Program-made: the position numbers and the translations under genes
Part shown: positions 1-23,785 of the stretch, piece by piece
Numbering within the stretch: the first letter of the stretch is position 1
Layout: each line of letters starts with the position of its first letter
Origin: the human T2T-CHM13v2.0 reference genome, Homo sapiens
Strand: one strand, 5' to 3'
Assembly: GCF_009914755.1 (NCBI RefSeq)
Contig: NC_060947.1
Length of the DNA: 64,000 nucleotides
The notes under the pieces: model-generated
Database searches by the model: none
The model's input: only the letters and a program-made list of their open reading frames with translations
What the model was told of the DNA's origin: nothing

Positions 1-46
1 GCCCCACTCTTAGCAGGGTCCTGCAATTGGTCTAATGCACTTCTGA

Positions 47-267
<221 letters not shown>

Positions 268-376
268 TGATCTTGAACTCTTGACCTTGTGATCCACCTG
301 CCTCGGCCTCCCAAAGTGCTGGGATTACAGGAGTGAGCCACCGTACCCAGCCCTGTTGAAATTCTTAATACCTTTC

Positions 377-1160
377 TGCAGTGAGTTGAATATGGAACCT
401 CTCTCAAAACATATATCCATCCAGAATGTGACCTTATTTGGAAAAGGGGTCTTTGCAGATGTAATTAAGGTAAAAATGTTATGACAAGATTGTATTGGAT
501 TAGGGCAAGCCCTAAATCCAATGACAGGTGTCCTAATAAGGGAAAAGAAAGGGAAAAGACACAGAGAGGTGACATAAAGACATAGGCAGAGGCCGGGCAC
601 CGTGGCTCACACCTGTATTCCCACCACTTTGGGAGACTGAGGTGGGCGGATCATCTGAGGTCAGGAGTTCGAAAACAGCCGGGCCAACATGGTGAAACCC
701 CGTCTCTACTAAAAATACAAAAACTTAGCCAGGCGTGGTGGTGGGTGCCTGTAGTCCCCGCTACTCAGGAGGCTGAGGCAGGAGAATGAAGTGAACCCGG
801 GAGGTGGAGCTTGCAGTGAGCCAAGATCGTGCCACTACACTACAGCCTGGGTGAATCCATCTCAAAAACAAAAACAAAAACAAAAAACAAAAAACAAAAA
901 CAAAACAAAAAAAAATTAGCTGGATGTGGTGGCACATGCCTGTAATCACAGCTACTCGGGGGGCTGAGACAGGAGAATCACTTGAACCCTGGAGGCGAAG
1001 GTTGCAGTGAACTGAGATCGCGCCACTGCGCTCCAGTCTGGGCGACAGAGTGAGACTTTGTCTCGAAAAAAAAAAAAAGACAAAGGCAGAGATTGGAGTG
1101 ATGCATCTACAAGCCAAGGAGCATGAAGGATTGCTTGCAGCCATCAGAAGCTTGAAAGGA
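377..1160 (+). mobile_element. MLT1 (MaLR) LTR, split by Alus
   Basis: gaatgtgaccttatttggaaaaggggtctttgcagatgtaattaagg...ggcagagattggagtgatgcatctacaagccaagga is typical MLT1B/C sequence. Confidence 0.7.
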
Positions 1161-2169
1161 GGCCGGGTGTGGTGGCTCACGCCTATAATCCCAGCACTTT
1201 GAGAGGCCAAGGCGGGTGGATCACTTGAGGTCAAGAGTTCGAGGCCAGTCTGGCCAATATGGTGAAACCCTGTCTTTACTAAAAATACAAAAATTAGCTG
1301 GGCGTGACAGCGCATGCCTGTAATCCCAGCTCTTCAGGACGCTGAGGCAGGAGAATCGCTTGAAGCTGGGAGGCGGAGGTTGCAGTGAGCCGAGATCCTG
1401 CCATTGCACCCCAGCCGGGGTGAGAGAGGGAGACTCTGTCGCAAAAAAGAAAAAAAAAAAAAGAGGCCGGATGCAGTGGCTCATGCCTGTAATCCCAGCC
1501 CTTTGGGAGGCCAAGGTGGGCAGATCACGAAGTCGGGAGATCGAGACCATCCTGGCTAACATGGTGAAACCCCGTCTCTACTAAAAATACAAAAAAAAAT
1601 TAGCCGGGCGTAGTGGCGGGCGCCTGTAGTCCCAGCTACTCAGGAGGCTGAGGCAGGAGAATGGCATGAACTGGGGAGGTGGATCTTGCAGTAAGCCGAG
1701 ATCGCACCCGTGCCACTGCACTCCAGCCTGGGTGACAGAGCGAGACCACGTCTTAAAAAAAAAAAAAAAAGGCCGGGCGCAGTGGTAATCCCAGCACTTT
1801 GGGAGGCCTAGACAGGCGGATCATGAGGTCAGGAGATCCAGACCATCCTGGCTAACACGGTGAAACCCCGTCTCTACTGAAAGTACAAAACAATTAGCCG
1901 GGCGTGGTAGCGGGCGCCTGTAGTCCCAGCTACTCGTTAAGGCTGAAGCAGGAGAATGGCGTGAACCCGGGAGGCAGAGCTTGCAGTGAGCCAAGATAGC
2001 GCCACTGCACTCTAGCCTGGGTGACAGAGCGAGACTCCCTTTCAAAAAAAAAAAGTGTTCACATCCAAGTTCTCATTTGATCCTTCCAAAAGGCCTATGA
2101 GGTAATAAAGTAATTCCTTTCATGTCCATTTTTCAGATGACAAAATGGAGGTTCAGAGAGGTTAAGTAA

Positions 2170-2538
<369 letters not shown>

Positions 2539-2768
2539 TGAGCCACCTCACCCAGCCTTTAGCCAGCTTTTGACGCACAACGAGTGGGGGTAGCAAATTC
2601 TTGGGCATGTCCGCTTACAAATGTGGAACCCAATGTTTCTATGTGGGGTGGTGGTGGGGAGGTGGCTGCTCCTCTAGCAACAGTGATCCAGGCCAACCCT
2701 TGGCAGGACTTCCTCACCAGAGTCGGCTGCAAAGCCAGCCAGCTGGCAGCCGGCCAGGCTCATAGAGT

Positions 2769-3861
2769 GAACCCACTTGGAGCCGAGAGCCCCACAGAGG
2801 GCACAGCAGGGGCATGAGGTCCAACAAACTCAGGCTGTGTGTGCTTCTGCCCCAGAGAATACAACGGCACTGGGAGAGACAGCAGCCACAGCTTCCCGAG
2901 AAGCACTGGAATCCTAGGAGCGGCTGCCGGGCAGGGGCAGGCAAGGCAGACAGATGGAAGAGTGCCCAGGCTGCATCATGGTAGCAGTTTGAGGTTCTGT
3001 TGAAGGAGGGAAGTGACAAGCTGGGCTGAGTGACAGGCATGGATGAGAGGGCAGACCAGGCTCTGGAGAAAACAGCACATGAACCCATCTTTAGTGACAG
3101 TGAACTGAGCAGAGAAATGTCACTTTCAGGCCTGGAAATGGCCAGGGAGGCATAATAGTGACTCCTGCAGGGGGCTTCTCCTCAACCGGGAGCTGGGCGT
3201 CCAGGGCAAGGTGGCCAGGCTTGTGCCATCTCAACTACTTGGGAACAAATAGACTTGGCACTCTATGTTTAGCCACCAAAGTCAAGACCAGGAGCCCCGA
3301 AGTCCCATCCCCCAAGGAGCTGAGGAGCCCAGATGCTAGAAAGAGGGCCACAGGATGAGCAGGGCCAGCAGCTGCCTGGCAGGACATCTGTCACAGCCCA
3401 TTGGGCAGCAACCAAGAGGAGTGCGGAGGCTACGCGGCCCCATTTGCTGAAGGGGAGGGCTGCAGACTGCTCATCTGGGAGAGGGACAGATGAACCCAGA
3501 GCCAGCCAAGGAGGTCACAGCCCAGTCAGATCACAAAACAAAACAAACCAAACCCAGCTCTCATTAACTGAAGCTTGGCACATGCTGGGCATTGTGTGAT
3601 GTGCTGTCTTTGGAAGAGCTGCCTTAATTCGTAGGATAGCTAAAGTGTAATTATTATGTGATTACACCTTATTATGTAATTATTAGACAGAACCCACTTG
3701 GAGCTGAGAGCCCCACAGAGGGCACAGCAGGGGCGTGAGGTCCAACAAGCTCAGGCTGTGTGTGCTTCTGGCCCAGAGAAGACGACAGCGCTGGGAGAGA
3801 CAGCAGCCACAGTTTCTCTAGAAACACTAGAATCCCAGGAGCAGCTGCTGGGCAGGGGCAG
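2769..3861 (+). repeat. Dispersed direct duplication of about 172 bp (2769-2940 and 3690-3861)
   Basis: Both copies run gaacccacttggagc...gggcaggggcag and are roughly 88-90% identical by eye. Confidence 0.9.
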
Positions 3862-4130
3862 ATGAGGGGGCAGGTGTCATTATCATGACCTCCACTTTAT
3901 AGATGGGGAAGCTCAGGTACAAAGAAGTAAAGTGCCTTATATAAGTCACGTAGTTAAGTCTTCAGGCTGAGATTCAAACCAGGTCTGTCTAACTTTAAAG
4001 CCTGTTTTGTTCACTCTCCCTGGCAGGGCTATTATAACCATTACATGAAATAAAATATGATATTAGTAATAGTGAAGGCAGCCGGGCATGGTGGCTCACG
4101 CCTGTAATCCCAGCTAAGATGGGCGGATCA

Positions 4131-4445
<315 letters not shown>

Positions 4446-5114
4446 TCATTTGAGATCAGGAGTTCAAGAGCAGCCTGGACAACATGGCGAAACCCCATCT
4501 CTACTAAAAATACATAACTTAGCCGGACCCCAGGAGGTGGAGTTTGCAGTGGGCTGAGATCGCACCACCGCACTCCAGCCTGAGTGACAGAGCAAGACTC
4601 TGTCTCAAGAAAATAAAAAATAAAAAAAAGAAAGAAATGGGCCAGGTGCAGTGGCTCACGTCTGTAATCCCAGCACTTTGGGAGGCTGAGGCAGGCAGAT
4701 CACTTGAGGCCAGGAGTTCAAGACCAGCCTGGGCAACATGGTGAAACCCCATCTCTACTAAAAATATAAAAATTCACTGGGTGTGGTCGCGGGTGCCTGT
4801 AATCTCAGCTACTCGGGAGGCTGAGGCGGGAGAATCCCTTGAACCTGGTTGGTGGAGGCTGTAGTGAGCCGAGATTGTGCCACTCCACTGCACTCCAGCC
4901 TGGGTGACAGAGTGATACTCCATCTTAAAAAAAAAAAAATGGCAGGGCGCAGTGGCTCATGCTTGTAATCCCAGCACTTTGGGAGGCCGAGGCGGGCAAA
5001 TTACCTGAGGTTGGGAGTTCAAGACAAGCCTGACCAACATGGAGAAACCCTGTCTCTACTAAAATACAAAAATTAGCCGGGCGTGGTGGCACGCGCCTGT
5101 AATCCCAGCTACTA

Positions 5115-5260
<146 letters not shown>

Positions 5261-5455
5261 CTAACCTAAAAGTTGGAAAAGCCCCTAGAAGTGATGTACT
5301 CCAACCCTCTTTTGTATGCAGGAATTCCTCCATGCAGCCTCCAAGAAAATACTGATCCAGTCTCTGCTTAAGTATCTCCAGTGATGAGGAACTTACTATT
5401 TCCCAAAGCAGCCATTTACATTTTAAGATTCCTATCATGGTTAGATAGCTCTTAA

Positions 5456-5855
<400 letters not shown>

Positions 5856-7107
5856 TGAGCCACCGCGCCCGGCCTCAAGCACTCTTTTACAGACCACCCC
5901 CCACCACCACTGACCTCACAACACACAGTGAGGAAGGTATTGTCCTCCCCATTGCACCAATGAAGAAATTGAGGCTCAGGGAGACGAGATGACTTACCAA
6001 AGGGAGCAGGCCTAGTAAGGTGCAGAACTGTGAATTCAGCTGAGGGTTCCTGAGTCCAAAGCCCACACTCTTTCTACACCTCCTCTCTTCCTTGAGTCCC
6101 CTCCCTCTCCCCCATGGGCCAGCTCTTCAGTTTTTTAAAGGCAGCTCTCATGTTCCTCATGAGTCTTCTCCTCCTCAGCTAAACATTCCCAGGGCTTTCA
6201 ACCATTTCTTATCAGGAGTCCCATCACTCCAAAAGCTGGATGGGCTCCAGAAACTGAGCACAATATTCCAGGTGGAGTCTGGCCGGTCCTGTGCAGAGCA
6301 GACCTCTTGTGCCCTCTCCCCTTTGCTCTGGACACTGTACTGCCATTCCTGCAGCCTGTGTTGGTAGGAATCAAATTCCTGTATTGGTAATAAAGTCTCA
6401 TCAATCTGTCGACTTACTTATTTTTCACTCATAAATATGAATAATTTGCATGTAAGTTTGGTCTCTTGTTCCTTTGCAAAATCTTCAGTCCCCAGGAGCC
6501 CTGAGAAACAAGTGTTATATGAGCACAGAAGGAGATGCATGAGGCAGCCCGGACACTTAATTATACTTTGAAATGTGTGGAGAAGTGTGAAACCTACCCA
6601 GCTTGCTAGATCAGGCATGTGGGCCCTATCTGTCTTTGGAAGGAGTGCATCCTCCCTCTGGATCTCGATGAATGAAACCAAGTTGAGTTATTGCATCCGC
6701 ATGGATTTCCAGCAGCTCTGAGCGTCTGGCAGACAGGAAACAAATCAAGTGACTATTCTTCCCAGACCGCTCTTGCCAAACTGGCTGTCAGGGGCCATAG
6801 GAACAGAACTCCTCATGATGCCAGCTGGCCAAGTGAAACAGTGGCCAGGGGTAGATTCTTCCCTGCACCTTAAGGGAGATGCCAAACTTCCAAAAAAATG
6901 GGAACCACCTTGTGATAGGCACTGCTGAGCGGCAGGTTTCAGGGTCTTAGTATACCCAGTAGGCAGCTCAACTGTCCTGGCGAGGCCAGGCAGGGCTCTC
7001 ATGCAGAGATGGTGTGCAAATCCGTTAACAATGGCACCAGGACCAGCTGCAATGCTCTCTCTCCCTGCTGTTTGTGGGCACCATTGGCCACCCACTGAAT
7101 GAGCTGA

Positions 7108-7457
<350 letters not shown>

Positions 7458-7791
7458 TGAGATCCCCCTTGTGCCCTCTACCAACCTGCACAAAACCCCC
7501 AGCACATCAAAGGGACCACACTGTTAGCAAACTAATTGTGAGAGACTGCCCACACCTGCCTTGATAAGTGGAAACAGAAACAGGGTTTGGCCACAGAATG
7601 CACAGGTGACAATGAAAGACTCAGTGCCAGAAAAGGCACAGGCCCTTTTTCTTGATTTCCAGATGACAACAAAGTACAATACAAAAATACAACCGACGGC
7701 CAGGCACGGTGGCTCACGCCTGTAATCCCAGCACTTTGGGAGGCCGAGGCAGGCGGATCACGAGGTCAGGAGATCGAGACCATCCTGGCTA

Positions 7792-8141
<350 letters not shown>

Positions 8142-8360
8142 CTACAAAACAATTTAAAAATTAGCCGGGCCTGGTAGCTCAAGCCTATAGACCCAGCTAC
8201 TCGGGAGGCTGAGATTTGAGGATTGCTTGAGCTCAGGAGGTTGAGGCTGCAGTGAGCCATGATGTGTCACTGCACTCCAGCCTGGGTGACAGAGAAAGAC
8301 CCTGTCTCAAAAAAAGAAAAAAGAAATCAGCACCCCCCAACCAAAAAAATAAATAAATAA

Positions 8361-8678
<318 letters not shown>

Positions 8679-8914
8679 TGATCCGCCCGCCTCGGCCTCC
8701 CAAAGTGCTGGGATTATAGGTGTGAGCCACCACGCCTGGCCCCATTCACTATTGTTAATAATAAATGCACTTTAAGTGGATAATTTGCCTTGAGAGATTA
8801 GCTAATAATAGTACGAAGCCATTAGGATTAATGAGAGCTTTAAAATCTAAGCCTCTACAAGGTGGATGCATCACGAAACTACAGTGGGAGACGTCCAGAT
8901 GATGGCTGCTTTTC

Positions 8915-9680
8915 GTGGCAGTTTGGAAGCATATCCACAAATTATTTGACACTCCTCCTTTTGAGAGGAGGAATCTATATGCCATTCCCTCGAATCTGAG
9001 CAGCCGACAGAGTATGGTAGAGGAGATGCTGCCTAACTTCCAAAGCTATGTCATAAACCGCGGGCAGTGGCTGCCTCAAGTGTCCTGGCCAGCAGCCCTC
9101 AGCTGAGGTCCCAGCCAGCAGCCAGCAGCAAATGACAGACATGTGAGGAAATACATCTCCAGAGGATCCCACCCCAACCAGTGTCAAGTCACCCCCAGCT
9201 CTCACATCTTCCCAGTCAATGTGCCAGACATCATGGAGCGGATGCTAGTCATCCCCTTGTGCCCTGTCTAAATTCTTGACCTCCAGAATTCATGAGCATA
9301 AGAAAATAGTTATTTTTCACCACTAAGTTTTGGGATGAGGCCGGGCGCAGTGGCTCATGGCTATAATCCTATAATCCCAGCACTTTGGGAGGCTGAGGCA
9401 TGTGCATCACCTGAAGTCAAGAGTTCGACACCAGCTTTTGCAACATGGTGAAATCTCGTCTCTACTAAAAATACAAAAATTAGCTGAGTGTGGTGGCATG
9501 CACCTGTAGTCCCAGTTACTTGCAGGGCTGAGGTGGGGAGGATCACTTGACCCCGGGAAGTGGAGGTTGCAGTGAGCCGAGATTTTGCCACTGCACTCCA
9601 TCCTGGGCAACAGAGCAAGATTCTGTCTCAAAAAAAAAAAAAGTTTTAGGATGATTTTTTACACAGCAGTAGGAACTAGA
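8915..9680 (+). mobile_element. Old MLT1 (MaLR) LTR with Alu insertion
   Basis: aaattatttgacactcctcc...cccagccagcagccagc...ccactaagttttggg...acacagcagtaggaactaga resembles an MLT1 3' end. Confidence 0.6.
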
Positions 9681-9758
9681 AGGGTAGTGGCAGAGAGGGG
9701 CCACAAAAGAGGCTTCTGGGTGCTGTGATATTCTATGTCTTGATCTGGGTGCTAGTTA

Positions 9759-10022
<264 letters not shown>

Positions 10023-10079
10023 TTATTTGTGCATTTTTTTATGCACGTCACCATATTTTAAAACTTTACATTAACAAAC

Positions 10080-13735
<3,656 letters not shown>

Positions 13736-13789
13736 TTGGGACACCAGCCTTGGCAATATGGTGAGATCCCATCTCTAAAACAATTTTTA

Positions 13790-14259
<470 letters not shown>

Positions 14260-14564
14260 TTATTGCTTTAATATCTACCATAATGTTAAGCATCATGAAT
14301 GTGATGTGATTAGCATAGTGTTTGGCACATATTAAGGCCTCAATGAGTGTTGGCTTTTACAACATCCTCTATGTAAATGAGGGATGCATTAGACCCAGTG
14401 TAACATGATGGTTAAAAGTATGAGCCTTGGAATCAGTTGAAGCTGGATGGGTTTCCTGCCAATTACTAGCTGTGTGAACGTGGTCAATTAACTTCATTGG
14501 GCCTCAGATTCTCATTAGTCTCTTAGAGTTGTTGTAAAGATTAAGGGACATAATGCACTTTATG

Positions 14565-17815
<3,251 letters not shown>

Positions 17816-18468
17816 AAAATGCATATTTAATGCTTGGCACAGGACCTAAGTCACCAGCCACCTAAGTGCTTAATGAACAGTAGGCAGCTGTAATCACTGT
17901 TATTACAGAGTGCTACGTTAGGTGATCTGGGGTACAGGATGCCTGGATGTCAGAAATGGATGGCTGAAGGCGCCAAGGACAACATTTACCCACTGCACAA
18001 TTTTATTAAGAGCTGTTCCTGTCAGCCGTACCCAAATGTACAGTATGGCAGCATCAAACAGAGGCATGAGCACGGACCCTGCTCTACCACTTTCGAGACG
18101 CGTGACCCTGGGCAGGCCACTTAACCTCCCTCAGCCTTGTGTGTGAATTGCATATAAATACTGTCTTCTCTACATATCTCACAAGCTTGCTGTCTGGGTC
18201 AAGAGATAATTAAAAATATGAAAGCACTCTGAAAACTAAGAGTTTATTATTCCAAGCCTTACGTATGACAGAAGCCAACTGATAAAGTAAGGAAGGAACC
18301 ACTTTGTACTGCTCACTGGCCTCCCCCTCTCTCCTGATGGTTCACATTCCTTTCAAGATGAGGCCAGCCCCCTCACCCCTAGGGCTAGTACCTTCTTCCC
18401 AGCAACTACTTAAGGGCCAATGGCCTGCTCCAGGGTAGAAGCCTGAATTCATATAAACAAAGGGCTTA

Positions 18469-18909
<441 letters not shown>

Positions 18910-20448
18910 TTAAACAAAGGGCCTGCCATGCCTCTTTCGTTGCCTACAGGTTGAAACAGACACAGCCTTTCTACTTTTCTCAGTTGCTAGTTGGTCAGAG
19001 CGCCCTCATGTGTCTCCATATGGTAATACCTTAAGTCTTTTACAGGATGTGGCATTCTTTTAATCTCAGTATCAATAAAATGTGTAATGGAAATTTTTTT
19101 CTCGTCACACTTCAAAGCCCATGCTTGACTCTCAGGCTCCAATTAAGCCATTCCAGCTTGAGTTTAGGCAGGTTTCCTGCTTCCACTCAGGCCTACAGAT
19201 TTCTTCCTGCTCCCTGCCCACCCCCTTTCTCCTTAGTCATTTTTAGAAGCCCTGGTGTCAACTTGGTTCTACCACTTTCTACTCTTCCAAGCTCAGTAAG
19301 CTCTCAAAATAAGATTGTAAGTTCTTTTTTTAACTGGATACATCAGGTCTTACTGCAGGATTGGCGGGGGAGGGGGGTGGGAAGGTGGGGGTAATTCCAA
19401 AGTACTAGGAAATAATTTTTAAAGTGTTTACCAAATATGACTTGTTCCATAGTCTAAGGAAAAGGGATCCAAAATGAGATCTCATGTAAAGGTCTGACAT
19501 TTGGGAAGGGGAAAGTGATGTTTGGCAGAGTACATACACACAGACACATACACATTATACACACAACCAGACAGTGATGTCTGGTACACATACATACCAC
19601 TCAAACATCCATTCTTGCACACACATTCACATGCAAACAGAGAGAAAGGAGCTCTCTCTCTTTCATGGGTTTCTCATTGAGAATCATGATGATATCAGCA
19701 CAGGTCTTTGGAGGAAAGGAAATTTACATTCTATATCTGGAACCTCAAGAATGTTCCAGCCGTGTGTGGTGGCTCACACCACTGGGTGTGGTGGGAGGCC
19801 AAGGTGGGTGGATCACTTGGGGCCAGGAGTTCGAGACCAGCCTGGCCAACATGGTAAAGCCCCGTCTCTACTAAAAATACAAAATTTAGCTGAGAATGGT
19901 GGTGCACGTCTGTAATCCCAGCTACTCAGGAGGCTGAGGCATGAGAATCGCTTGAACCAGAGAGGCGGAGGTTGCAGTGAGCCGAGATCACACCACACTG
20001 CACTCCAGCCTAGGCAACAGATGGGACTCCGTCTCAAAAAAAAAGAAAGAAAGAAAAAAAAAAGAATGTTCCCCATTCCCTCCATGACCGAGGGTTATGG
20101 ACGCCTGAGGGACTTTACTTCCCATATTCCACATATCTGCTTCTCAACTGTTTTGCACTCATGGATTTTTCTGAATCCATAAGCCCCCGGGGCAAACTCC
20201 ATTGAGAGCCCAAGGATACACCAGCATTTGGCTTCGCCCAAGGAGCATGTTTCTGAGAAGTTTCATGTAAATTAAATTTTTGCAGATCAACTATGATTTC
20301 CTACTGACATCCACTAAGATTTCTGAGCTGCTCTCTTCATCAAGATAGATTTTCAGTGTACGCCGAACACATCAGCTTCTCTGTTCCTCTGCCTTCTGCC
20401 ATGCTCCCTGAGTTAGTTAAACCTCATCTGGAAAATAAAGGCCAATGA

Positions 20449-20643
<195 letters not shown>

Positions 20644-23618
20644 TAGTAGAGACGGGGTTTCACCGTGTTAGCCAGGATGGTCTCGATCTCCTGACCTCGT
20701 GATCAGCCTGCCTCGGCCTCCCAAAGTATTGGGATTACAGGCATGAGCCACCGTGCCCAGCCGATCTCTTCTAGTTCTAATAGTCCAAGATCTAGTAAAT
20801 AAACCCACAAATATATTAGAGAGGCTGCTATTTGGAAAAGACATCAGTATTATTACAATTTGCAATGCAAATATCTACTCTACCTCCAGCTTTTTGGGAA
20901 GTCATTTCCCAGGGCTTGAGGGGTTTTTGCCCCACTCCCTTGGAGGGGTAGCAGATGTTTCAGATAACTGGCATGTTAATTTTAGGTGGGTGGGTACTAT
21001 CCCTTCTGTTTTCCACTCCCTCTGCCCTACTCCCTGCTATCAAATTCCTGAGACCCTCTCTACTAAAATAGAGATGGGTGTTGCGGTTCTGGGGAGTGGT
21101 GTGTGCAGCTGGTGACCTAGGGTAGAAAGCACTTGCTAATTAAAGATGAAACAAGTTGCTAGGGAGGCACCGTGGCTTTGGTCTCTAGCAGCAGAGTTAA
21201 GCAAGGGCACATGTATCATGGGTCTGTGGCACTGGTCAGGCGGCTGCCTTTGCAATCTTTGAACTGGAAACAGATATTATTCATGCTGATAGGGAAGAGA
21301 GTTGCCTGCTTAGTGGTGACGAAAATTAATAGTCCAAGCATTCTTCCATCCTGCATTTTCCATGCTGGCATTTTGACTTAAAAAAAAATATTGCTGCAGC
21401 TGTTTGCATATTCTGGAAGTGTGTGTGCATGTGTGCGGTTTGGTGTTTACAGATCTGGGGTTGCGGAGAGGAGTCTCCAGAGCAACGGAAGTAGCTGCTT
21501 GTCAGTCAGGATTCATTTTGAAAATGAAAGCCTGAAAGCTTGGGGCCCATTCTGGGCCTAGGCCTGGTCTCTGAGAAGTCAGCGAAGGCCAGGAGGTGGC
21601 TTTGGCCAGTCAACTCAGTGAATAAACCACTGAATCTCTTTTAAAGAAAAATGAATTGACCAAATCTATGAGTTGCTTTTGATGTCCTGCAGATTGGAGT
21701 CTGGAGCAGGGATGTGGGAGCAGGCATTGAGGTGCTGATTGTGGATACATGTCCCCCACCCCCAACATACACACACACAATCACATTTTCCCAGCCTGCC
21801 AAACCAGAACAAGGTAACAAATATTTCTTGGATAACTACTAGGTGCACAAGGATAGTATGACATAGCTGTCCAAGAGTTTATAGTTTAATTGGCATATGA
21901 GAGCAAGGGGAGAGAGATGTAACACAAGGCAGTCTTGGGGCCAAAGAAGTAGCAGAAACACAGGGCTGGGGAAAGAGAGGGATCACTTTGGGCTGGGATA
22001 ATCAGAGGAGGCTTGCTAGAGGTGGAAACTAAGCGCAACCTTGAAAGAAAAGAACTTCACTACATAGAAGCTCTTCCAGGCAGAGGAGTGTAAGTTATAG
22101 ATACGCTCACGTTACAAGTCTATCCTTTTGGCTGGAATTTGGGGCTTGTATGTGATTTGCAGTTGATAAGCCAGGCTTGAATGCCAGTTCCTGTGTACCA
22201 GAACAAAGGCTATGGTGTCGCACAGACCTGCTCTGCCACTTCCTGCTGGGTGACCTTGAGCAAGTAGCCTAACCTCTCTGCAAACTGGGGACAGTAATGA
22301 TTCCCAGCACTTGAGGTCACTGGGAGGATTAAAAGAGTTAACATATATAACGCAACAAGCACAGTGCCTGGCACATAGTAAATGTTCAAAACCAAATTAC
22401 AAATGCATAAACTGTTCTGAAGGAAAGCTCTAGATATTTAGGACTTGTTCCAAATACGTGAGGGCCAAGGAAGAAAAGCTTCCGATACCTTCTATCACTG
22501 CTGCCACAGGTGGCCCCGAGGGAGTGGGCTGATTTGGCCTGAGCCTCCATCCCCCTTGGCCTAGACTGCTGGAACAGTCTTCCGACTTCCTGCCTCTGCA
22601 CCTCCCAAATCACCTTTTTAACACAACCTCCATCATGGCTGTGTCTCTCCCCGGCTCAACAATCTTCTATGGCTCCCCGTTGCTCACTGACTGAGCTCCT
22701 TAAGATGCTGGGGGTGTGGAGGCAAGAACCACTATTTACTAAGGGAAGGGAAGAGCAAAGAGTACGCTGGTATTAGGAGTGAAAAAGAAAAAATATCCTT
22801 TTTTAAAAAGCCCCTAAGCTTTGAATTTGTAGAAAGCGGGGCCCTGGGGAGAGAGCAGGGATGCATCTCTAAAGAGAACAGGGCGCTCCTGCGGCGCCGG
22901 CTCAGATTCACCTGTAGCTGCTTCTCCAAGCCAACCTGGGAAAATTGACGGGAGGGAAGAGGGTGGAGAGCAGGACAGAGAGGGCGGTGCAGAAGGGGAA
23001 TATCCCTCCTGAGTTCCCTGGAAGAGCGTCAGCCTGGACCCTGGTCTTGGGCTTCTCTGCTGGAATCCTGGGCAGCCCCGGGTGCTGCGGCGAGGGTCAA
23101 GGCCACACAAAGGGCAAGGCAGGCAGACGAGCCAGTCACATGGGGCAGTCGAGCTGCCTGCGTGAATGCTAGGCGCGGGACAATGGCAACTCCGGGACAA
23201 AGTGCAGGGAGACTCCTGAAGAGATAAGAGGGAAGGGCGAAGGAAGGGGGCGGGGAGCCAGAGCCTCGGAGCTCCAGGACCGCGCTTTGGGAGACCGTGG
23301 CTGGAAGCCGAGCTCGGCCCGCTGCGGAAGGGGCGCCCTCGCGCCTCTACACTCTAGCCCCGGCTGGGATGCTGAGAACCGCGGCTTCCAGGGCCGCAGG
23401 CGAGCTCCCAGCCAGTCCCCGCGCCCGCCCTTCGGTGCTGGAGGCGGGGCTGCCGAGCTCACCTGGCCGTTTGGGGTGGGACCGCCCGCGACCCGGGGGA
23501 GCTGCAGAGGCGGCGGTACCCAGGGAAGTGGAGCTGGGCTTGCCCTGGGGACTTGGCTGGAGCTCACACCCCTCCACGCCCCCCAAGGCCTGCGCGGGGG
23601 CCCTCCCCTAGCTCCCTC

Positions 23619-23645
23619 CCTCCTCCTCCTCCTCCTCCTCCTCCT
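23619..23645 (+). repeat. (CCT)9 trinucleotide repeat upstream of the SOWAHD ATG
   Basis: Read directly from the sequence. Confidence 0.85.
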
Positions 23646-23785
23646 CTCCTTTGCTCCCTCCCTCCGAACCCAATTGCTCAAGCAGCTTCCTTCCCCAACG
23701 CCAGCGCCAGTTCCTCTCCCGTTGGGGCCCGGGAAGGGCAGCTAACGCTGGACACTGGGACGGCCGCGGCGGCAGCTTCAAGACC

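Noticed and set aside
23651-23785. 45-codon in-frame N-terminal extension of SOWAHD from a TTG
   Set aside because: It has a non-ATG start, a short open stretch is expected in GC-rich DNA, and the ATG at 23786 has a strong Kozak context.
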